From assembly GCA_037142195.1 (NCBI GenBank), contig JBAXBA010000024.1:1-46024 (forward strand): 46,024 bases of DNA. The letters run 5' to 3'. Shown here in pieces: positions 28,413 through 37,714 of this stretch (positions within the stretch are counted from its first letter, which is position 1; each line of letters starts with the position of its first letter). The translations under genes were made by a program, and so were the position numbers. The notes under the pieces are model-generated. The model was not told the DNA's origin. It searched no databases and saw only the letters and a program-made list of their open reading frames with translations. Origin of the DNA: Pseudomonadota bacterium. Lineage in GTDB: Bacteria > Bdellovibrionota_B > Oligoflexia > Oligoflexales > CAIMVM01.

Positions 28413-29624
28413 ATGAATGATTTCGTCTGGTTCCTTGCATCTGTGGGAACTTGGAGTATGGCCCCATTTTCTTTCTTCTTGGCTTTTCTAACATTTAAGG
28501 GTCTACGTCTTAGCCGTAGAGCTGAACACGGAATTCCGGGGACGAGCTCGTATCCTAAGTTGTTGGTCCTTATTCCAGCCCATAATGAGGAAGTCTCGAT
28601 CTCTTTTACCATTCAAAGTGTATTGGCTGTAGATTATCCCAAGGACAGCTTTCAAGTTCTCGTGCTTGCGGATAACTGTTCCGATCGCACGACAGCAATT
28701 GCCGAGGCAGAAGGAGCCTTGGTCTATGTTCGCAAAGACACTCTGCGCCGAGGCAAAGGATTCGCTCTAGAGGATAGTTTTGCTAAAGTTCTGAAAGATC
28801 CCAAATTCTCTGAAATGGAAGGTTTTATAGTACTTGATGCCGATTCCGCTGTCGGGTCAGATCTCTTAAAGCAGTTTGCTGATGCCTTGCAAAAGGGGGC
28901 TGATTTTGCCCAGTGTTATTCCAGTGTGGGGAATCGCGATGCGTCCATTCGTACTCAGTTGCTTACCTATGCTTTGTCGTTATTTAATGGGGTCTATATG
29001 CAGGGGCTCGACCAAGCCGGTCTTGGGGCCCATCTTAGGGGTAATGGAATGGGATTTTCAAGGACTGGTTATATTCGCCGTCCCTGGAGCGCCTCGTCCT
29101 TAGCGGAAGATCTAGAGTTCTCTTGGCGGCTTCGACTCCAGGGGGAGAAGGTTTGGTTTTTGAGTGAGAGTACCATCTTTGCGGAAATGCCGTCGCAATC
29201 AGGTCCTTCGGTTTCACAGCGCGCACGATGGGAACATGGTCGTGCTTATCTTAAGAAAGAGTACACGAAGGCTTTACTTCATGCGGATGTATCCCTTCTT
29301 AAGCGTCTTTGTTGGTTGATGGATTTGTGGATGCCTTCTCTCTCGAATTTGTGTGGAGTCGTATTTTTAAGTTTTTTCGTTTTGATTGGTATGTATGTAA
29401 CACAGGGCTCTTTCGGTGTTGTTAGTGTCGTTGCAGCCTTGAGTTTTTTAAGTATTCTCTTTTATCTCGGATCGCCTTTTTTTATTATGAAGTTGCCCAT
29501 GAAGTATTTGGCAAGCCTATGGTTTGCCCCTTACTACGCGGTGTGGCGTTTGGGAGTTCTTTTAAAGAAGAAACCCCAAGAATGGATTCGAACCGCTAGA
29601 GAAAGAAGTGGGGAGTCCAAATGA
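28413..29624 (+). CDS. Processive family-2 glycosyltransferase (membrane synthase type; QxxRW motif)
   Basis: N-terminal TM, GT-A core LVLIPAHNEE...LADNCSDRT, DxD as VLDADS, QRARWEHG (Q(Q/R)xRW of processive beta-glycosyltransferases such as PgaC, NodC and cellulose synthase), and 4 C-terminal TM helices. Confidence 0.75.
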   Translation: MNDFVWFLASVGTWSMAPFSFFLAFLTFKGLRLSRRAEHGIPGTSSYPKLLVLIPAHNEEVSISFTIQSVLAVDYPKDSFQVLVLADNCSDRTTAIAEAEGALVYVRKDTLRRGKGFALEDSFAKVLKDPKFSEMEGFIVLDADSAVGSDLLKQFADALQKGADFAQCYSSVGNRDASIRTQLLTYALSLFNGVYMQGLDQAGLGAHLRGNGMGFSRTGYIRRPWSASSLAEDLEFSWRLRLQGEKVWFLSESTIFAEMPSQSGPSVSQRARWEHGRAYLKKEYTKALLHADVSLLKRLCWLMDLWMPSLSNLCGVVFLSFFVLIGMYVTQGSFGVVSVVAALSFLSILFYLGSPFFIMKLPMKYLASLWFAPYYAVWRLGVLLKKKPQEWIRTARERSGESK

Positions 29625-30913
29625 GTATTCCTGAAAGGTTGCCTGGGACCTTATTGTCCCTAGGAGATTATTATGGTTCTCTGGCAGCTGCTAGAAGTTT
29701 GGGGTCTTTAGGGGCACCAGTTTTTTTTGCGGATCATCGGAGTTTGACCGCGGGTGGGTTTTCCAAGTATGTAGTCAAAAGAGTTGCGGCTCCTTCGCCT
29801 TTGGATTTTAAAAGCTATGGAGACTGGCTTGAGTCGTTCGGAAAGAGCCATCCAGGCCTTTTTCTCTACCCGACGAGTGACGATATGGCCTACATCATCT
29901 CATTTCGTGCTGCCGCACTTAGCCAAACGTTTGCTTTGTATCAGCCAAGCTTGAATGCCATTATGAATTTGCTCGACAAAAGCAGATTGGCGGTTAAGGC
30001 AAAAGAAGTTGGCCTCAAGATGCCAGAGACTTTTTCAGTAAATTCCATTCAAGATATTTTAGACCAAATCCAAGATGCGCCTGGCCCTTTTTTAGTCAAG
30101 CCTAAGTCGCAAATTGGACTTCTCACAAAGGGAAAAGGGATCTTTTGCCCAACTCGTGCTGAGGTTTCTGCAGCCCTGAGTCTTTTTTTAGAGCGTGTAA
30201 CTTTTTCGGATCAGATTTTAAATTACGATCCTAGTCTCAATTTACCTCTGTTGCAGGCCTATCATCAAAGTGCAGTTGACGGGATGTTAAGCATTGCTGG
30301 TTTCGTTTCACGGGACCATAACCATGCTGTTTTTTTGGGTTCTGAAAAGATATTTCAAAGACCTAGACGCTTAGGGGTTGGAATTGGCTTTTCAGCGCGA
30401 AGTGTTCCCACGGAAATTTCAGATCGCCTTTTAAAGCTCTGCGAATCTGTTGGGTATTTTGGTGTTTTTGAGGCAGAATTTGTCCAAGATGAAGCTACAG
30501 GAGATTTCTTGTTGGTGGACTTTAACCCTAGGTATTATGGTCAAATGGCGTTTGAAATTGCAAGAGGAGTCGATCTTCCTCGTCTTGCTTATTTCGGTGC
30601 TACCCAAAATCAAGTGGCTTTTGAAAAGGAAGTTGCTAAAGCGAAACTTGCGGTAACTCGACCTGAAGCCACGTCTTCCAAGTATGCACTGGGTTGGGTT
30701 TTATCTTTAATGATCAAATGCCAGAAGTTAGGTGGCAAGGTGCCAAGGGTCGAGTATAGGGATTGGCTCCATTGGCTCGAGGACAGTCGGATTCCCATGT
30801 ATGATGCTGTTTCTTCTAAAGAGGATAAATGGCCTAAGAGAATCGATCAGTTCTTGTTTTGGAAGCATGCATTGCGTCACCCGCGAGATTTTTATAGGAA
30901 ATTCTTCACCTAA
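29621..30913 (+). CDS. ATP-grasp domain enzyme, translationally coupled to the GT2 synthase
   Basis: ATP-grasp signature ...GVFEAEFVQD...LLVDFNPRYYGQMAFEIARGVDLP (E-x-N-x-R). ATGA overlap with the GT2 stop. Confidence 0.6.
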   Translation: MSIPERLPGTLLSLGDYYGSLAAARSLGSLGAPVFFADHRSLTAGGFSKYVVKRVAAPSPLDFKSYGDWLESFGKSHPGLFLYPTSDDMAYIISFRAAALSQTFALYQPSLNAIMNLLDKSRLAVKAKEVGLKMPETFSVNSIQDILDQIQDAPGPFLVKPKSQIGLLTKGKGIFCPTRAEVSAALSLFLERVTFSDQILNYDPSLNLPLLQAYHQSAVDGMLSIAGFVSRDHNHAVFLGSEKIFQRPRRLGVGIGFSARSVPTEISDRLLKLCESVGYFGVFEAEFVQDEATGDFLLVDFNPRYYGQMAFEIARGVDLPRLAYFGATQNQVAFEKEVAKAKLAVTRPEATSSKYALGWVLSLMIKCQKLGGKVPRVEYRDWLHWLEDSRIPMYDAVSSKEDKWPKRIDQFLFWKHALRHPRDFYRKFFT

Positions 30914-31003
30914 AAGGCCAAGAATTTCCTGTCGCTGACTTTGGGAAGTTTAATTTCTCGGGATCATTTAGCCGCTAGTTTCTCTGTAAAGTCTGATTTT
31001 TGT

Positions 31004-32629
31004 TTATTTCTTATCTACTTTATTTTTAGCCCTCTTTATTTCTAAAAGTGCCATGCTAAGGGGCGGTAAACTTGGCCGCATTTTAAGCGACGCAAGTGAG
31101 GTGGGTTCGATGCTCCCTGATGTAGGATTAAATTTGTAGAGTGTAAAGGAAGTTTTCTCGTTAAGACCGCTGATATTTAAATCGAATGTGGCGGTTTTGG
31201 TTTGTGATTTGTTGAGGAGGACTAAGGTTAGGGTCTGATCTGCTTCTCTGAGGGCTGAAAATAGGGAGGCGTCTTTTTGGGTGCCGTAGGTATTGGGTAT
31301 CAAAATATCCCCAAAGGCACTCCCTTTGCCGTCATAATTTCTAAAAAGTTTAAACGCAAAACTAGCAGGGGATTTAGGAGGTGGGATAGTCCAATAAGAA
31401 GCGTAGTCGAGTTTTTCTTTAGAAAAGATTCCCAAGACTTCTGCTAGGGCGATTCCTCCAGCAATATCTTCTTCTCCATAGAATTTATACTCACCAATAG
31501 CGAACTTCAATTTAGGACTACTTTTGGCGATGATTCCTTTTATATAAGGAATGAAATAAATTTTCTCATCAATCCAACTCGGATCCTTATAAGAGGGGTC
31601 CCAGAGGGATCTGGTGGCTTCTAGGCGGGCTTGCCTGCTTGTGGGTAGAGAAGGGGGGCTGTTTCGTACGTGATCTCCTTCAGGGTAAAAATGGACATCT
31701 ACCACATCTAACAGAGATACCCCGCTTCGCTTTTCCTCTTTGGCGACTTCTTTTAGAAACCATTCGAGAAAATCTACTCCCCCATGCTTCTTTTTATCAG
31801 AAAGTCTCTGACCTTGGCTCCAGGGGCCAGGGGCGTCAAATGCAGACTGTTTTACAGCAAGATAGCCCCATAAAGCGGGCCCAAAAATGACGGCCTCTGG
31901 ATCTGCTTTTCTCACTAGGTGGGACGTTGTTAGAAACTTATTTAGGACTTCCTCATAAGTGGCGCGATTGGGGTGAACATCTTGGTGGGTTTCGTGCCAG
32001 AGCATGGGTTCGTTTCCGATGATATACCTGTGGGGGTGATTGCCAAATTGGGTTTTAAGATGAGATACCCACGAGGAAATGTACTCGCTGCTCAGGGGGG
32101 TATTAGCAAGATTGGGGTCAGCTTTTAGGGGATCGCCGCTTTTCGCCATTCCATTTCCAAATCCCTCCCGCTGGTCTTTTTGATGGGGATATTTAGAAAT
32201 GGGGTAGCTGCCAGAGCTTTGGTCTTTAGCGATCCAGCCTAACATGGGAATCGTGATGAGAGAGCCTACTCCGTGGTCGCGATTCGCTTTCATAAAGGCG
32301 TCCACGACAGATGGTGTCGAAGAGTTAAAATTTCTAAAATACCAATCTTTTCCTGTATTCCAGCTGTTAGTTTTCCAGTTGAACCGCTCGCTAGAATTTC
32401 CGCCTAAGCGAAAGACTTCAGGTTTTAGGGCCCAGGTTTCTAAATCATTTTTACTTTCTCCGAAGTAAGTTCCTATGCCATAAATTCCTGGGTTGATTTT
32501 GTCGAGAGGAAGTGTGGGTTTCGAATCCACTTTGGCCTCAATGGAAACCACTTCAGGATTGCTGGGCGCAACGCCCATAAAAAGTAGGAAGGTGATCATC
32601 GAAAGAAAAAAATGGGTCATCTGTTCCAA
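31004..32629 (-). CDS. Secreted clan GH-A (TIM-barrel) glycoside hydrolase, GH44-like, with C-terminal beta-sandwich
   Basis: Signal peptide MEQMTHFFLSMITFLLFMGVAPS. YIIGNEPMLWH (the NEP acid/base motif of clan GH-A). A second glutamate lies in FYPEGD. Confidence 0.5.
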   Translation of the reverse strand: MEQMTHFFLSMITFLLFMGVAPSNPEVVSIEAKVDSKPTLPLDKINPGIYGIGTYFGESKNDLETWALKPEVFRLGGNSSERFNWKTNSWNTGKDWYFRNFNSSTPSVVDAFMKANRDHGVGSLITIPMLGWIAKDQSSGSYPISKYPHQKDQREGFGNGMAKSGDPLKADPNLANTPLSSEYISSWVSHLKTQFGNHPHRYIIGNEPMLWHETHQDVHPNRATYEEVLNKFLTTSHLVRKADPEAVIFGPALWGYLAVKQSAFDAPGPWSQGQRLSDKKKHGGVDFLEWFLKEVAKEEKRSGVSLLDVVDVHFYPEGDHVRNSPPSLPTSRQARLEATRSLWDPSYKDPSWIDEKIYFIPYIKGIIAKSSPKLKFAIGEYKFYGEEDIAGGIALAEVLGIFSKEKLDYASYWTIPPPKSPASFAFKLFRNYDGKGSAFGDILIPNTYGTQKDASLFSALREADQTLTLVLLNKSQTKTATFDLNISGLNEKTSFTLYKFNPTSGSIEPTSLASLKMRPSLPPLSMALLEIKRAKNKVDKK

Positions 32630-32730
32630 CCTAACGTCGATAAATGGGAGATATAAAACAAGTTTGATTTTTCACGAAGAATCTTTTCATCTGGATATTT
32701 TTAAGGAAAAGAACACCTGTATTTATACTT

Positions 32731-33894
32731 TTAGGGTACATGGTTATGAATCCAAAGAGACAGTGGCTTGAGAGCTTCCTTTACTTGGAAGGACGCCAAA
32801 TTAGCCTCTCTCGCTCGATCAGTAAGGGGGGCTGTATCGGCAACTCTCAGAATCTTGTCTAACTGATCTTTAAAGGTATCTTTAGAGAATACAAAAGCGC
32901 TTTCACCGTCTTGAAGATGGTAGCCTCTTTTCCCAACTTCCGTGGTGAGTAAAGGAAGACTTGCAGCTATATATTCTGCGACCTTTATGGATGTGCCTTC
33001 GCCTCTAAAGATCGGGTTTAATGCTATGTCAGCAGCCTGGAAGTAGGGCGCCACGGTATCCACTCTCCCTGTTACCATGAGAACTTCCGTGGCGTCTGTT
33101 TTCGGTGCCACACTTCCGATGATTAGAAAAATGATTTTATTTTCTAACATGAAAGCAGTGTATTTTTCGCTAAATTTTCTCAAAAACTCATACCCTTCTC
33201 GATTGGGGCCGTAGGCGCTTGCCGAAAAAAGACAAACTTTTTTATCTCCAAAGTTCAGTTTCTTCCTGAATTCATCTCGTATGTTGGGATCTTTTAAAAA
33301 GGGCTTAGGGGAAATGCAATTGGGTATGACCAGGGAATGGGAAAGGTAGTGGGTTGAAAAATAGTCGGCGTCTGAGGGGCTGCAGGCTGCGACCACATCA
33401 GCTGCTTTACAGGCAAGATTTTCAAGGTAGGCAACTGCTTTTTTGGAAAAGCGTCCGGTGGCTAAGTTGGCTTCAATATTATGAGTATTTAAAACCTTGT
33501 GGGCGTGGTTTGCCAGTTCAAAGATAGGGGATACGAAAGGGAAGTCGGCAATAACGACTTCAGAACTTACAGCTAGTTCATTAAGTGGTATCGTGTGTCG
33601 ACCCATAACTTTCAGCCATGCCCAGGCCCAAATGGGAAACAAGCCGATTTTAAAACATAAAATGCCAATGAGGGTTAGCCATGAGGGGCGGAGTACGAAT
33701 TCTTCCACATCTAAAGCGCCAGCAGGCCTTGTTGTAGAGCTTGGTTGAAATAGGTTCCCTTTGCGTCCTATGAGGCTAAAAATTCTGACCTGGAATCCAT
33801 GTTGGGCTAGCCCTTCCGCAAAACCAGAGGTACGAATAGTTCCCCCTGAGGTAGGGGGATAAACTTGGAGTGCTGATACCAGGAGAATTTTCAG
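32731..33894 (-). CDS. GT4-family (GT-B fold) glycosyltransferase; probable non-canonical CTG start
   Basis: The C-terminal EGTSIKVAEYIAASLPLL is typical of GT4. The first canonical start (GTG 33708) would omit 62 in-frame residues with no stop. These carry the canonical GT4 N-terminus KILLVSALQVYPPTSGGTIRTSGFAEGLAQHGFQV. The only start-like codon there is CTG at 33894, preceded by AAGAGGG at 8-nt spacing. Confidence 0.6.
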   Translation of the reverse strand: MKILLVSALQVYPPTSGGTIRTSGFAEGLAQHGFQVRIFSLIGRKGNLFQPSSTTRPAGALDVEEFVLRPSWLTLIGILCFKIGLFPIWAWAWLKVMGRHTIPLNELAVSSEVVIADFPFVSPIFELANHAHKVLNTHNIEANLATGRFSKKAVAYLENLACKAADVVAACSPSDADYFSTHYLSHSLVIPNCISPKPFLKDPNIRDEFRKKLNFGDKKVCLFSASAYGPNREGYEFLRKFSEKYTAFMLENKIIFLIIGSVAPKTDATEVLMVTGRVDTVAPYFQAADIALNPIFRGEGTSIKVAEYIAASLPLLTTEVGKRGYHLQDGESAFVFSKDTFKDQLDKILRVADTAPLTDRAREANLASFQVKEALKPLSLWIHNHVP

Positions 33895-33917
33895 TGGATC
33901 GACCCTCTTCTTGGAAT

Positions 33918-34634
33918 TTAGTAAGCTCCATCAGCCCGGATTACGGCGGAAAATGTTTTGGCTATGATAATTATATCTAAAATTAAAGAAGCTTTCTCTA
34001 TATATCGAAGATCCATGCGAACCCAAGTTGCAAAATCAATGCGAGATCTGCCACTAACTTGCCAAATACAGGTGAGACCTGGCTTTACAGAAAGACGTAT
34101 TTTCTGCCAATTCTCATACTGCTTCACTTCGCTAAGAAGGGGAGGCCTTGGTCCCACAATCGTCATGTCTCCCAACACAATGTTCAGCAACTGTGGCAGC
34201 TCATCAATCGAGTGGCGACGGAGGACGGCGCCGATTTTGGTGATTCTTGGGTCTTTTTTCATTTTAAAGGCTGGGCCTGAATGCTCGTTCATGGCAGCTA
34301 GGCTGCTTTTGAGGAGTTCTGCGTTCTGGCTCATAGTTCTAAATTTATACATTTTAAATGTTTTGCCACCGAGTCCAAGACGTTCCTGGGTGAAAATAAT
34401 GGGGCCTTTGCTGGTCATTTTTATCGCTACCGCCACCACCGCCAAAAGTGGTGCAAGTAAAAAGAGTGCAGTTAAACTCAGAACTAAATCAAAAACTCTT
34501 TTGGAAATCAAAAAAGCAGAAGAATACCTTTTTACTGGAATGGAGTTCCATAGGGAAGGAGTCACTTCTTTGTCTATGTCAAATCTAGGTGCGTGGCGTC
34601 TCTCTTGATGATTGGAGATGGATCTAGCTGTCAT
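33918..34634 (-). CDS. Polyprenyl-phosphate sugar phosphotransferase (bacterial sugar transferase, WbaP/WcaJ C-terminal type)
   Basis: TM helix then RLGLGGKTFKMYKFRTM...DELPQLLNIVLGDMTIVGPRP (Bac_transf family signature). Confidence 0.8.
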   Translation of the reverse strand: MTARSISNHQERRHAPRFDIDKEVTPSLWNSIPVKRYSSAFLISKRVFDLVLSLTALFLLAPLLAVVAVAIKMTSKGPIIFTQERLGLGGKTFKMYKFRTMSQNAELLKSSLAAMNEHSGPAFKMKKDPRITKIGAVLRRHSIDELPQLLNIVLGDMTIVGPRPPLLSEVKQYENWQKIRLSVKPGLTCIWQVSGRSRIDFATWVRMDLRYIEKASLILDIIIIAKTFSAVIRADGAY

Positions 34635-34928
34635 TTGTCTTCCCTTTTTAAGTTCATAGTCTGTATTTAAAGTGAGGCGTTTTGCCGAGAGAGCTATGCT
34701 TATATTCCTCTATGCAAAGGGCAGGCCGGCGTGCCATCCCTGTAGCCCATCGAAATATTTGGGTTTTAGGAAAGCAGAAGTGTTTAAACTATTGACAGTT
34801 GCTTGTATATTGCGACATTTTGTAGGTCGAGAGGGAGACGTCTTGGGGTCATTGTTGCGCCTTTTCGCCCATGCGGATGTTGAGAGACGCCCTTTATAAG
34901 ATCTCGAGAAGGGGAGCTTTGGGGAATC

Positions 34929-35009
34929 TCAGTTGGACTTATCCCATCTCCTTAACGTACAGCACGATACCCCTAAATAAATGGAAGCCTCACTTATGGA
35001 AAGATGCAT
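34929..35009 (-). pseudogene. Truncated excisionase/AlpA-like HTH (MerR-type) remnant, 26 codons
   Basis: AAGGAG RBS 7 nt before the ATG. Encodes MHLSISEASIYLGVSCCTLRRWDKSN, resembling the Xis/AlpA HTH_17 core (L.V...T..RW) but terminating after the HTH. Confidence 0.35.
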
Positions 35010-35073
35010 AAAGTCTCCTTTTACACACCTATCGGCACTCTAGTAATTATCGGTAGTTATAAGACAAATGATC

Positions 35074-35110
35074 AAGTTTGAGTAAGTTTTCGGTTGACTG
35101 CTTCAGCCCC
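35074..35110 (+). repeat. Left copy of an imperfect 37-bp direct repeat bracketing the TA/Abi islet
   Basis: aagtttgagtaagttttcggttgactgcttcagcccc versus aaggttgcataagttttcgacttactgtttcagccct at 37715..37751 (about 29/37 identical). Confidence 0.5.
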
Positions 35111-35330
35111 TTGAGTACATCGAAGAGGGAATTCATTTTTTACATTGGAAAGATGGCCTTAAGAAAGTGGGGCTGGTGCCAGTAAACGATGCCATTCTAT
35201 GATTCATGACCATTTAGAACAAAATATAGGAACATTGATCGGCACCAATTGAAAATATTTTGACGCTCTGCATGGCGAGCCATGATGAGCAGTGCTAGGG
35301 GGGACGGACTTACTTTTGCCTAGTCCAGAT

Positions 35331-35642
35331 CTATTGAATAGCACGGTGAATAGCGGTGCAGTAGTCCTGGATATCTACCAGGTTTTTGACGAGAATGGAT
35401 TTCATAATGTTGATATCTAGTTTTGCATAGTCGTGGACTGCAATGTTTCTAAACCCAGCCATCGCGGACATTTGCCTTGAGAGTTCCAATGTTATTACCT
35501 GATTTTTTTCCAGGATATGAAAGCCATGTTTATAGCTTCGAGGTAGTTCCCAAACATTTTGAGCGATCAAGAGGTTTGCAATATCGATGGAAGCTTGAAT
35601 TGCTTTTTCGAGACTGACTACGAAGACATCTTGTTTCATCAT
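35331..35642 (-). CDS. HepT/DUF86-type HEPN toxin-like protein (apparently orphan)
   Basis: HEPN Rx4HxY motif in FRNIAVHDYAKLD; about 104 aa from MMKQDVFVVSLEKAI. No nucleotidyltransferase partner could be translated from the 460 bp upstream in any frame. Confidence 0.6.
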   Translation of the reverse strand: MMKQDVFVVSLEKAIQASIDIANLLIAQNVWELPRSYKHGFHILEKNQVITLELSRQMSAMAGFRNIAVHDYAKLDINIMKSILVKNLVDIQDYCTAIHRAIQ

Positions 35643-36048
35643 GCCGCCGTTTCCCCAGCGGTATTTTGTCACATCTATCCTGACGCTCCCGTTTGGCACA
35701 TTCCTAGGCTATGGAAGCTGCCAAAACTACAAAACCAGTTACCTATATCCGTCGACGTCCGGAGCTTACTCCGTGCTACCGCATCCTTCCGTTAGAGCAT
35801 CGTGCATAAGCGCATATTGCTCGTGAGCATTCCATTCAAGATTGGCTTGCAGGAACTGCAAATCTTCAAAAACGCCATATTCTGAACACTTGCAGCCTTG
35901 AGTGAAATAGGACCTTCAGAGTTAACCGGAAGGTTTTGAAGACGTCAAAATCATGGAGTTCTATTAGATTGAAATTTATGCGGCATCAATAATCCTTAAA
36001 TAAGTCTATGGTATGAGGCGCTTAGCTTCTTATCAAGACCTCTGTGAC

Positions 36049-36092
36049 TGGCCAAATATAACATTTCTATTGAAAAATGTTATATTTGGCCA
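36049..36092. promoter_or_regulatory. Perfect 18-bp inverted repeat (8-bp spacer) just upstream of abiEi; candidate autoregulatory operator
   Basis: tggccaaatataacattt ctattgaa aaatgttatatttggcca; the right arm ends 13 bp before the abiEi ATG. Confidence 0.6.
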
Positions 36093-36104
36093 CAAACTAA
36101 GATT

Positions 36105-36677
36105 ATGAATAAACAGCAAGAATCAAAACTCAAAAGATTGGGAGTTTTTACTCGGACGCAGGCTGAGGCATTGGGCCTAAGTCATCAAAGCCTTTCTCGA
36201 TTAGTCGAAGAGGAAAAAATCATTCGTGTTGGCCGGGGAATGTATCTGCATTTCGAGGGAAACCTTGGGAGAGATATCGATTACCAAGTAGCCTGTACAA
36301 AGTTTGGTCCTAAATCCGTGGTTGGCGGACTTACGGCTCTGTTCCACTACAATTTGATAGAACAAGTCCCAGGACAAGTTTGGGTGTTGGTTCCCCCAAC
36401 TCAGGTGACACACACCAGACTTTACCGACTGATTCGCACAAAGATAAAATTGGACTGTGGAATCATAAGCGAAAATGGTTACCGCATTGTCACCGTTGAG
36501 CGAGCCGTACTCGAGGGACTGAAGATGGCCAAAAAAATTGGAGAACGAACGGCAGTTCAAGCTGCACGGGCTGCGCTTGCTACCCAACAAACTACTGAAG
36601 GCAAACTTGGGAAAGCAGCAAAAGAGCTTGGACTTGATTCAGTGCTGACAAGATATTTCGAGGTGATTACGACATGA
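36105..36677 (+). CDS. abiEi: AbiEi-family antitoxin/transcriptional regulator (type IV TA / abortive infection)
   Basis: N-terminal wHTH GVFTRTQAEALGLSHQSLSRLVEEEKIIRVGRGMY matches the AbiEi_4-type domain; 190 aa; 4-nt overlap with the next gene. Confidence 0.75.
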   Translation: MNKQQESKLKRLGVFTRTQAEALGLSHQSLSRLVEEEKIIRVGRGMYLHFEGNLGRDIDYQVACTKFGPKSVVGGLTALFHYNLIEQVPGQVWVLVPPTQVTHTRLYRLIRTKIKLDCGIISENGYRIVTVERAVLEGLKMAKKIGERTAVQAARAALATQQTTEGKLGKAAKELGLDSVLTRYFEVITT

Positions 36678-37537
36678 CGCCAAAATCAAAAAGTGATTCT
36701 GTTCGTAAAAAATTAAGCAATCTTGCCCTCAAACTCGATGTGCCTTATCGGAATATGGAAACCGCGTTCTTAATTGAACGATTAATGGCTCGCTTGGTTG
36801 CCGATAGAAAACTTAAGGCAAAATTGGTTTTTAAGGGCGGATTTGTTGGCCTCAGAGTTTATGACTCTCCCCGATACACGATTGATCTTGATGCTCTACT
36901 TGTAGAGGCAAATATCGACTCCACCTTGGAACTCACAAAACAAAGGGCAGAGGCGGATATTGGCGATAGCGTTTGGTTCCGCTTTGAAAGCCAGATAAGC
37001 TTAGTAACCCAAGGTCAGTATGGAGGGATACGCCAAGTTTATCGCGCTGGAATCGGTGGAATTTTAACCGACATCAAGCGAGCGCAGATCGTTCACTTTG
37101 ATTTAGGGATTGGCGATCCTATCACTCCGGGGCCACAGGAAGCAGAAACACCCTCACTTTTTCCCTCGAATGAAAAAATCAGTTGGTCGGTCTATCCCGT
37201 TGAAACTATAATTGCCGAAAAACTTCATGCATTGCTCAGTCACGGCGATGCCAATTCTCGTTCTAAAGATGTTCACGATCTATCAGTGTTTTTGCCAAGG
37301 GCCGATGCCAAAACATTAGGTACTGCTCTTAAGCGATGCTTTGAATTCAGAGAAACGGAATTGCCCGAAAAAATCTCGGTTGAAATTGCAAATATAAATA
37401 CCCAGCGCCTTGAGCAAGGATGGGCCAATTCTGTGTCAACGGTTGCGAAAGCACCAGAATTTAGAGCCGCATTCGACGCTATAGTTGAGAACATGGCCCG
37501 ACTGGAGAATTCCTTTATTAACCAAGGTGTGAATTAG
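36674..37537 (+). CDS. abiEii: AbiEii/AbiGii-family nucleotidyltransferase toxin
   Basis: LVFKGGFVGLRVYDSPRYTIDLDAL matches the AbiEii N-terminal NTase motif (G[GS]x9-13Dx[DE]); 287 aa; ATGA overlap with abiEi. Confidence 0.8.
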   Translation: MTPKSKSDSVRKKLSNLALKLDVPYRNMETAFLIERLMARLVADRKLKAKLVFKGGFVGLRVYDSPRYTIDLDALLVEANIDSTLELTKQRAEADIGDSVWFRFESQISLVTQGQYGGIRQVYRAGIGGILTDIKRAQIVHFDLGIGDPITPGPQEAETPSLFPSNEKISWSVYPVETIIAEKLHALLSHGDANSRSKDVHDLSVFLPRADAKTLGTALKRCFEFRETELPEKISVEIANINTQRLEQGWANSVSTVAKAPEFRAAFDAIVENMARLENSFINQGVN

Positions 37538-37714
37538 AGATAAAGTCCTGAGACAACTTATGAACTGGCATCATAATTCTTCTCGCATATTTACATTTGT
37601 GTTTAAAAAATATTTTAGTCAAATCTTCTACTTTGGACCAAAGGATCAACTTATCTGAGCACTCTAAGACATGCATCTAGAGCAAGCCATTGTGTCCTTA
37701 AAACCTGCGACTTT

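Noticed and set aside
29586-29597. tRNA T-psi-C-like motif ggattcgaaccg (reverse complement cggttcgaatcc)
   Set aside because: Lies inside the GT2 coding sequence. No acceptor stem or anticodon-arm cloverleaf can be folded around it. Chance occurrence.
33958-34608. 216-aa plus-strand ORF overlapping the sugar phosphotransferase gene
   Set aside because: Antisense to a gene with a clear Bac_transf signature; no motifs of its own.
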